Source of the DNA: Burkholderiales bacterium
GTDB lineage: Bacteria; Pseudomonadota; Gammaproteobacteria; Burkholderiales; SG8-39
Length of the DNA stretch: 64,000 bases
Direction of reading: 5' to 3'
NCBI GenBank assembly: GCA_035273665.1
Contig: DATEOW010000038.1
Span: 324-64,323, forward strand
Under the pieces are notes generated by a model, which was given only the letters and a program-made list of their open reading frames with translations, made no database searches and was not told where the DNA came from. Position numbers and translations under genes: made by a program. Every line of letters starts with the position of its first letter. Position 1 is the first letter of the stretch. Positions 35,163 to 41,883 of this stretch are shown piece by piece.

Positions 35163-36289
35163 GTGCCGCTTCTACCCTGTGTTGGTTCAGGCCGGCGCCG
35201 CACATCGTAGATTTGCTGGGGTTGCTTGGCGGGCGCACAAGCGCTGCGGACCTATCACTCGAGCAATGGGACGTGTTGGTGCGCACGGCGAGACGTTTGC
35301 GCCTCCTGGGAACGGTTGCGTACCGCCTACGGGCAGATAGTGATCAATGGGCCGCTGTTCCAGGGCCGGTACGGGCGCATTTTGAATCCGCGCTGACCAC
35401 CCTCGCCTTTCGACGGCAGAAAGTGCTGCTGGAAATGGATAGCGTCCGCCAAGCCTTGAGTGACCCTGCTATCCCAATCGTCCTGCTTAAAGGGGCGGCT
35501 TATATTGCTCAGAATCTCCCTTTGGCGCATCAACGGCTGGTAGGCGATCTCGATCTGCTGGTCGATCGGGATCGCTTGGACGAGGTTGAAACCAGACTGA
35601 TCGATAGCGGATGGGAATCGCTAAAACCGGATCCTTACGATCAAAAATATTATCGAGATTGGTCACATGAATTGCCGCCGATGCAATTGCCTGGGCACGC
35701 TTTGGAGTTGGATGTACACCACAACATCCTTCCCCCTACCGGGCGTCTTCATCCTCAGGCGGCGCAGCTCATACGCGATGCCATTCCGCTAGAAGAAGGT
35801 TTTTTCCGCGTGCCGCATCCTGCCGATCAGGTGCTGCATGCCGCAGTCCATCTGTTTCAGGATTCCGATTGCCTTTTTCGTGCGCGCGATCTAGTGGATA
35901 TCGACGAACTTATCCGAAACTTCGGGCAAACGCCGTCTTTCTGGGATGAGCTGATATCGCATGCGCGAGTGCATGGTATAGAACGGCCACTCTGGTATGC
36001 ACTGGACTGTGGCGTCGCCATCTTCGATACGCCTGTGCCCAATACCCTGTTCGAAAAATTAAATACTAGGGGTCCGGGCTATGCGGCCCGTACAATGATG
36101 CGCCTTTTGCTTCCGAAAGTACTTTTTACCGAACACCCAGAACGCACTCCTGCCATATCGGAGCGCGTTGCCCGTTGGCTCCTCTTCCTTCGATCGTTCT
36201 GGTTGCGCATGCCCTTAGGGCTATTGCTGCTGCATAGCGCCATGAAGCTGATAAGAAACTTCCGCAAAACGTCAGAGCGTACTGAATAG
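35159..36289 (+). CDS. NTP_transf_5-type nucleotidyltransferase family protein
   Basis: ATGA overlap with the kinase gene. VLLKGAAYIAQNLPLAHQRLVGDLDLLVDRDRLDEVETRLIDSGWE matches the uncharacterised nucleotidyltransferase family (KG...R-x-x-x-D-h-D-L-L-V). Confidence 0.8.
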   Translation: MSAASTLCWFRPAPHIVDLLGLLGGRTSAADLSLEQWDVLVRTARRLRLLGTVAYRLRADSDQWAAVPGPVRAHFESALTTLAFRRQKVLLEMDSVRQALSDPAIPIVLLKGAAYIAQNLPLAHQRLVGDLDLLVDRDRLDEVETRLIDSGWESLKPDPYDQKYYRDWSHELPPMQLPGHALELDVHHNILPPTGRLHPQAAQLIRDAIPLEEGFFRVPHPADQVLHAAVHLFQDSDCLFRARDLVDIDELIRNFGQTPSFWDELISHARVHGIERPLWYALDCGVAIFDTPVPNTLFEKLNTRGPGYAARTMMRLLLPKVLFTEHPERTPAISERVARWLLFLRSFWLRMPLGLLLLHSAMKLIRNFRKTSERTE

Positions 36290-36312
36290 ACCCAGTTTGT
36301 CTGTACCACTTA

Positions 36313-36328
36313 TGGCATGCCGGTTGCT
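36313..36328 (+). promoter_or_regulatory. Candidate sigma54 (-24/-12) promoter at the head of a 648-bp non-coding leader
   Basis: TGGCAT-GCCGG-TTGCT (GG-N10-GC), 24 nt after the stop at 36289. It has the same hexamer and -12 element as the site at 33287. Confidence 0.55.
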
Positions 36329-36937
36329 GGCAGTTGCATCGGCGGGGAAGTTCGAGTTCGCAGGGGCGCTGCAGCGCTAAGTGGGTTGGGCGCAAGTGCT
36401 ACGCGTATTTGTCAATCTTTAACAAACCCAAACAAACCGCTATGGCATCTTAAGCGCCCGTAGTCTCGCCGTAATTAGGCTGAGCTTGTGTACTAGACGA
36501 TGATACATAGCTCTAGTCTTAGGCCTAACGAGGAATTGAGAACATGGTGTTTGGTATGACACGATGAAGCGTGAGTAAGGCAACCGAAGGAGCAGTTTAA
36601 GCACTTAAAAATAGAGTTAGGAGAGGCAATACTGCGGTTCGTTACAGCCGCCTGAAGCGTCAGCGAATGTTGCATATGCATTCGGTCAAATCCAGGCAAA
36701 CACCGTAGTCAATGGAAGTCCTGTCCCCTGCGTCACATAGCGACGCAATTAAAAGAACAACAGTTTTCTCGAGTTTTGCAGTATCGCCGTCCAAAAAGAA
36801 GCGAAGGACGTATAGGTTGCTTTTGCCCAGTGGAACCGCAGTAACAATGTGCAGCGCGGGGGAATGCAGTCTTGTAATAAAAAAGAGCGATAACAAAAAC
36901 GATAAACGGAGGATAAAAAGATGAGGGGTTTGCTTGT

Positions 36938-38326
36938 ATGGTTAACTTGTTTCGCCACTACGTACCGTTGGCAACGATTCTGCAGTTAGCGCTCGAAGCG
37001 GGATTATTTTTCGCCGCTATTCTGCTTGCGGTAATGATGCAGACGCACAGCACGTTGCTGTCGAGTAGTCTGCCCATTCTGCCGGCCTTCGCGTTCGCAG
37101 CCTTGATGGTTTGCGTCAACAGCGCGCTTGGACTGTACAGACGCGATAGCGCGCCCTCCTTTTCGCATATGGCGCCTCGCCTATTGGTCGCCCTATTGAT
37201 TGGGTTCCCCCTTGCTTACGCCCTTTTTTCGGCGCTTCCGCATGGCGGCCTCTATCAGGATGCGCTGGGCTACACGGTCCTCCTCGTATTAGCCGGCTTA
37301 TTAATTTTACGTCGTGTCCTAAGCGCTTCGATCTTGGGCGGTACTTTGCTTAGCCGCCGTGTGCTCATTCTCGGAACGGGCGCAGACGCCTTAGCGGTGG
37401 ATCAAGCCTTAATGGGGCCGCGCGGCTCGGGTTATACCGTGGTTGGCTTCTATCCCATTAGCAATAACGTGAACGTATCGGTTCCACAGCACCGAGTGCT
37501 GCAACCGGTCGAGTCGCTGCAATCCCTGATCCGATATCTCGCCGTTGACGAAGTGATCGTCGCAGTACGCGAACAACGCGGTGGCGTCGTGCCGATGAGT
37601 TGTCTGCTCAACTGCCGTCTCGAGGGTGTCCGCGTGACCGACCTGCCCGGTTTTTATGAACGTGTGCGGGGCGAGGTGCCCATCGAATCGCTAAAGGCGA
37701 GCTGGCTGATTTATGGCGAAGGCTTTAGGCAGGGGCGCATGCGCAATATCGTCAAACGCGCCTTCGACGTTGCGACCGCGGGTACGCTGCTCGTCCTCAC
37801 TTTTCCGCTCATGGTGCTCGTGGCATTGACCATCCTGTTCGAGGGCGGCGGCGCCGTCATTTATCGTCAGGAACGTGTGGGCCGGGGCGGCCGACCGTTC
37901 ACGGTCTACAAATTCCGCAGTATGGTCGCCGACGCGGAAGGCGATGGCCAAGCGCGGTGGGCCCAAACGAATGATCCACGGGTCACCGCGTTTGGAAAAT
38001 TTATCCGCCGCACGCGTATGGACGAGTTACCGCAACTTTGGAATGTTCTCAAAGGCGAAATGAGCTTTGTGGGTCCTCGCCCTGAGCGTCCCCAGTTCGT
38101 CGGCGAATTGGAGCAATCGATTCCTTATTACGGCGCGCGTCATAGCGTCAAACCGGGTCTGACTGGATGGGCGCAAGTGCGTTATAGCTACGGCGCGTCT
38201 GTGGAAGACGCGACTCGCAAACTACAGTTCGACTTGTATTACGTCAAAAACCATTCACTCTTTCTCGATTTGTTGGTTCTGGTCGAAACGGTGCGTGTGG
38301 TCCTGTGGGGTGAAGGGGCGCGCTGA
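36938..38326 (+). CDS. Priming sugar transferase (bacterial sugar transferase family, EpsB/PEP-CTERM-associated type)
   Basis: MVNLFRHYVPLATILQLALEAGLFF is an N-terminus typical of the family. C-terminal catalytic domain KRAFDV...YRQERVG...FKFRSM...DELPQLWNVLKGEMSFVGPRPERP. Confidence 0.9.
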   Translation: MVNLFRHYVPLATILQLALEAGLFFAAILLAVMMQTHSTLLSSSLPILPAFAFAALMVCVNSALGLYRRDSAPSFSHMAPRLLVALLIGFPLAYALFSALPHGGLYQDALGYTVLLVLAGLLILRRVLSASILGGTLLSRRVLILGTGADALAVDQALMGPRGSGYTVVGFYPISNNVNVSVPQHRVLQPVESLQSLIRYLAVDEVIVAVREQRGGVVPMSCLLNCRLEGVRVTDLPGFYERVRGEVPIESLKASWLIYGEGFRQGRMRNIVKRAFDVATAGTLLVLTFPLMVLVALTILFEGGGAVIYRQERVGRGGRPFTVYKFRSMVADAEGDGQARWAQTNDPRVTAFGKFIRRTRMDELPQLWNVLKGEMSFVGPRPERPQFVGELEQSIPYYGARHSVKPGLTGWAQVRYSYGASVEDATRKLQFDLYYVKNHSLFLDLLVLVETVRVVLWGEGAR

Positions 38327-38423
38327 GGCCGCATCAGCGCTTAGTGCCGGATCGGTGGGATGACACTCGCCACCGGCGCGCTCCCGTAATACATTCCCGA
38401 TTATTTAAGCCCGAAAGGCTCCC

Positions 38424-40517
38424 TTGAATCCCACCGCTTTTGCCGACCCAGCGACCTGGAGTTACGGCTTCGCTGCGCTAGGGTTTACTGCTTTTGCGAT
38501 TCAACTCGCACTGGCATGGCGCGGCGGCTCGCGCGCTTGGTGGTTGCTCGCCGCCGTTTCGCTTGGGGCGTCGTGGGCAGCGGCGGGTCTGGGTTTCGTC
38601 CTCACGCAAAACAGCCTTTGGTGGACGCTAAGCCGTTGGCTCCAACTTGCGCAGATCGCAGCATGGTGCGTTTTCTTGTTGTTGCTCGCCACTGATCGAG
38701 ACAATAGCCGGCCGTGGGAATCGTTGTTGTTCAAGGGCGGGCTCTTTGCGCTCATCGTGCTTCTTTTGGGAGCCGGCTATTCGCCGTCTTATCCGCCTGC
38801 CGATGCAGTGCCTACCCAGGATGCGCGGTTTGGTTATTCCGCCATGGTGGGCCTTGCTATTCTTCAATTGGTCTTGCTCGAACAAATCTGGCGCAATGCG
38901 CCGGAAGCGAACCGCTGGGCGCTCAAGCCGCTTTGCTTGGGCCTTGGAGCCGCTTTTATTTATAACTTGTACATGTACGCCGAGGCCTCGCTTTTCGGCG
39001 TCTTGAGCCAGAATCTTTGGAGTGCGCACGCCGCAACACAAGCCTTGGTGATTCCCTATATCGCCATCGCGGCGGCCCGCAACAAACAGTGGACGATCGA
39101 CATCCACATGTCGCGGCAAGTGGTGTTCCACTCTACCGCGCTGCTCGGATGCGGCATTTATCTTTTGCTTGCATCGGCGATCGGCTATTACATTCGTTTT
39201 TTTGGCGGGAGCTGGGGCGGCACTTTACAAGTGGCGCTTCTTTTCGGCGCTTTATTGTTGCTAGGCATGCTCTTTTCGTCCGGGACGCTGCGCAGCAAGC
39301 TGCGCGTGTTCGTCAATAAGAATTTCTTTTCCTATCGTTATGACTATCGGGAAGAGTGGCTTCGTTTCACTCGACGCTTATCGAGCCGCGAGGCAACGGC
39401 AAATTTGAATGAGACCTCGATTCAAGCGCTCGCCGATCTGGTCGAAAGCCCCGCGGGCGCTTTATGGCTTCGCCGGGAAGGGAAAGTCTTCCGGCAGGTG
39501 GCCAGATGGAATATGCCTGCGGTCGCAGAATCGGAGTCCGACACCAGTTCGCTGGCCCTATTCCTCGCGCGAACAGGATGGGTTGTCGATGTTTCCCAAT
39601 ATCGACTCAAACCCGAACTTTACGATGGGCTTGTGTTGCCTGACTGGATGGAACGCTCGGAGGACGTATGGATCGTGCTTCCTCTGCAGGGCGCCGAAGA
39701 GTTGAACGGCTTTGTCGTGCTCGCGAACTCAAGGGTGAAACTCGATATCAATTGGGAAGTTCTGGATTTACTTAAAACGGCCGCCCGCCAGACTGCGAGC
39801 TACTTGGGCCATGTGAATGCCGTCGAAGCGCTGATGGAGGCGCGCAAGTTCGACGCTTTCAACCGCATGTCCGCTTTCGTCGTTCACGATCTGAAAAACC
39901 TTGTGGCGCAATTGAATCTGATGATCAAGAATGCGGAACGCCATCGCCACAATCCCGAGTTCCAGCGCGATATGATGGACACCGTACAGCACGTCGCCAG
40001 CAGAATGAATCATCTGTTGATGCAACTGCGCGCCGGCGCCACGCCGATAGAGAACGCCAAAGCAATCGATCTCAGCGCGATTGTTCGACGTGTGGAACGC
40101 GCCAAGGGCGCCGGAGAGCGGTTAAGTATTCAAGTGGAGGAAAACCTAACTGTATGCGGCCATGAGGAACGACTTGAACACGTCGTCGGGCACCTCGTTC
40201 AGAATGCACTCGACGCAACGGAAGCCGGCGGACAGGTAGAGATTCGCGTTATTCCCGCAAGCGACGCCGAAGCGTTGCTGGAAGTCGAGGACAGCGGTAT
40301 CGGAATGAGCCCCGAATTCGTGCGCGAGCGTTTGTTCCGACCTTTTCAAAGTACCAAACCGACCGGCATGGGGATCGGCGCATACGAGAGCGCACAATAC
40401 CTTCAGGGGATTGGCGCTCGTTTGCAAGTTCAGAGCGTCCCCGGACAGGGAACGCGCATTCAGGTATATCTGCCTCGGCCGAAGAACGCCGAAATCAACT
40501 TGGTTCAAGCCGCATGA
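38424..40517 (+). CDS. prsK: XrtA/PEP-CTERM system sensor histidine kinase
   Basis: About 300-aa polytopic N-terminal domain followed by a GAF-like region. H-box FVVHDLKNLVAQL, N-box LVQNALDA, G-boxes EVEDSGIGM and GMGIGAYES. TTG start in the ORF track, so the exact start is uncertain. Overlaps prsR by 4 nt. Confidence 0.85.
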   Translation: MNPTAFADPATWSYGFAALGFTAFAIQLALAWRGGSRAWWLLAAVSLGASWAAAGLGFVLTQNSLWWTLSRWLQLAQIAAWCVFLLLLATDRDNSRPWESLLFKGGLFALIVLLLGAGYSPSYPPADAVPTQDARFGYSAMVGLAILQLVLLEQIWRNAPEANRWALKPLCLGLGAAFIYNLYMYAEASLFGVLSQNLWSAHAATQALVIPYIAIAAARNKQWTIDIHMSRQVVFHSTALLGCGIYLLLASAIGYYIRFFGGSWGGTLQVALLFGALLLLGMLFSSGTLRSKLRVFVNKNFFSYRYDYREEWLRFTRRLSSREATANLNETSIQALADLVESPAGALWLRREGKVFRQVARWNMPAVAESESDTSSLALFLARTGWVVDVSQYRLKPELYDGLVLPDWMERSEDVWIVLPLQGAEELNGFVVLANSRVKLDINWEVLDLLKTAARQTASYLGHVNAVEALMEARKFDAFNRMSAFVVHDLKNLVAQLNLMIKNAERHRHNPEFQRDMMDTVQHVASRMNHLLMQLRAGATPIENAKAIDLSAIVRRVERAKGAGERLSIQVEENLTVCGHEERLEHVVGHLVQNALDATEAGGQVEIRVIPASDAEALLEVEDSGIGMSPEFVRERLFRPFQSTKPTGMGIGAYESAQYLQGIGARLQVQSVPGQGTRIQVYLPRPKNAEINLVQAA

Positions 40518-41866
40518 GCGAAAAACGCAAGCCTTTGCTGATTATCGAAGACGACCCGGCATTGCAGAAGCAGATGCGGTGGGCTTTCGACGCCTATGAA
40601 ACGGTGGTCGCGGACGACTACGAGAGCGCCATTACGCAATTGCGTCGCTACGAACCGGCAGTTATCACGATGGATCTGGGTTTACCCCCGCATCCGGACG
40701 ACACCCGGGAGGGTTTCCGGCTGTTACAAGATCTGTTGGCGCTTGCGCCCGATGTGAAAGTCATCGTGCTGACGGGGCAGCATGACCGGGACAATGCGCT
40801 GAAAGCGATTGGTATGGGGGCGTACGATTTTTTCGCCAAACCTTTCGAGCCGGAGATGCTCAGCCTCACCATCGAGCGGGCCTTTAGATTGTTCGAGTTG
40901 CAGGAGGAGAATCGCCGTTTGCAAGCAGTGGCGATGGAGGGCGATCCCAATGGTTTGATCACCCGCGACCCGGCTATGCAACGCGTCTGCCGCATGGTGG
41001 AGAAAGTAGCCGCGACCAACGCCACCGCGCTCCTTTTGGGCGATTCTGGCACGGGCAAGGAGTTACTCGCGCGGGCGCTGCATCGTCAGTCACCGCGTAA
41101 AGACAATCGTTTTGTCGCGATCAACTGCGCCGCTATCCCGGAGAACCTGCTCGAAAGCGAGTTGTTCGGCTATGAGAAGGGTGCCTTCACCGGTGCTGCG
41201 AAGACAACGCCGGGAAAAATAGAAACCGCTCATAACGGCACGCTTTTCCTCGATGAGATCGGCGATCTGCCGCACCCATTGCAAGCCAAACTCTTGCGGT
41301 TCTTGCAGGAGCGCGTCATCGAGCGGGTCGGCGGGAGAGAGGAAATTCCGGTCGATGTACGTATCGTCTGCGCAACGCATCAGCATCTCAAAGATCTCAT
41401 CGCCAACGGGCGCTTCCGAGAAGACTTGTACTATCGGCTGGCGGAAGTGGTTTTGGAGATCCCGCCTTTACGCGAGCGGCCGGGCGATGCAAGTCTGCTT
41501 GCACACGTCTTTGTTCGCCGCTTCGCCAGTGAACAGAAGCGCGGAAGCATGACCTTGTCTCAAGAGGCGCTTGCCGCGATTGAGGCGCATCCATGGCCCG
41601 GGAATGTTCGGGAATTGGAAAACACCATCAAGCGGGCAGTGATCATGTCGGAGGGACAGACCCTGCGCGCGGATGACATTGGTTTGGACGAGGTGGAGGA
41701 GAACCCCGAAGCCCTCAATCTACGCCATGTGCGAGAAACCGCGGAAAAACAGGCGGTGGTACGCGTCTTGGGCCGCGTCAATGGCAATCTAAGCCGCGCA
41801 GCGGAGTTGCTCGGCGTCAGCCGTCCCACCTTGTACGATTTGATGCATCGATTCGGACTCAAATAA
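40514..41866 (+). CDS. prsR: PEP-CTERM-box sigma54-dependent response regulator
   Basis: REC domain (LLIIEDDPALQKQM, TMDLGLPP). AAA+ domain with Walker A GDSGTGKE, ESELFGYEKGAFTGA (GAFTGA) and Walker B TLFLDEIGDL. C-terminal HTH AAELLGVSRPTLYDLM. Confidence 0.9.
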   Translation: MSEKRKPLLIIEDDPALQKQMRWAFDAYETVVADDYESAITQLRRYEPAVITMDLGLPPHPDDTREGFRLLQDLLALAPDVKVIVLTGQHDRDNALKAIGMGAYDFFAKPFEPEMLSLTIERAFRLFELQEENRRLQAVAMEGDPNGLITRDPAMQRVCRMVEKVAATNATALLLGDSGTGKELLARALHRQSPRKDNRFVAINCAAIPENLLESELFGYEKGAFTGAAKTTPGKIETAHNGTLFLDEIGDLPHPLQAKLLRFLQERVIERVGGREEIPVDVRIVCATHQHLKDLIANGRFREDLYYRLAEVVLEIPPLRERPGDASLLAHVFVRRFASEQKRGSMTLSQEALAAIEAHPWPGNVRELENTIKRAVIMSEGQTLRADDIGLDEVEENPEALNLRHVRETAEKQAVVRVLGRVNGNLSRAAELLGVSRPTLYDLMHRFGLK

Positions 41867-41883
41867 AAGCAGGACTATAAGTC

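Noticed and set aside
33358-36289. Lasso-peptide or other classical RiPP cluster
   Set aside because: A PqqD-like RRE, an HprK-like kinase and a nucleotidyltransferase do accompany some lasso clusters. Here there is no transglutaminase-like B2 protease, no adjacent cyclase and no short precursor ORF. The nearest Cys-less AsnB-fold gene is 18 kb away inside the sugar operon.
36441-36457. Second TGGCAT in the long intergenic region
   Set aside because: GG-N10-GC spacing exists, but the -12 region reads AAGCGC rather than TTGCW. This is a weak sigma54 match.
36660-36770. Possible c-di-GMP-I (GEMM-I) riboswitch, based on GGCAAAC and GACGCAA strings
   Set aside because: The two strings are about 45 nt apart rather than flanking a short GNRA hairpin, and I could not draw the P1/P2 helices. 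A covariance-model search is needed before any claim.
36531-36913. Multiple AGGA/GGA motifs suggesting CsrA/RsmA binding in the leader
   Set aside because: There are five AGGA in about 600 nt, against roughly two expected by composition. None is obviously in a hairpin loop. This is not compelling without structure or CLIP data.
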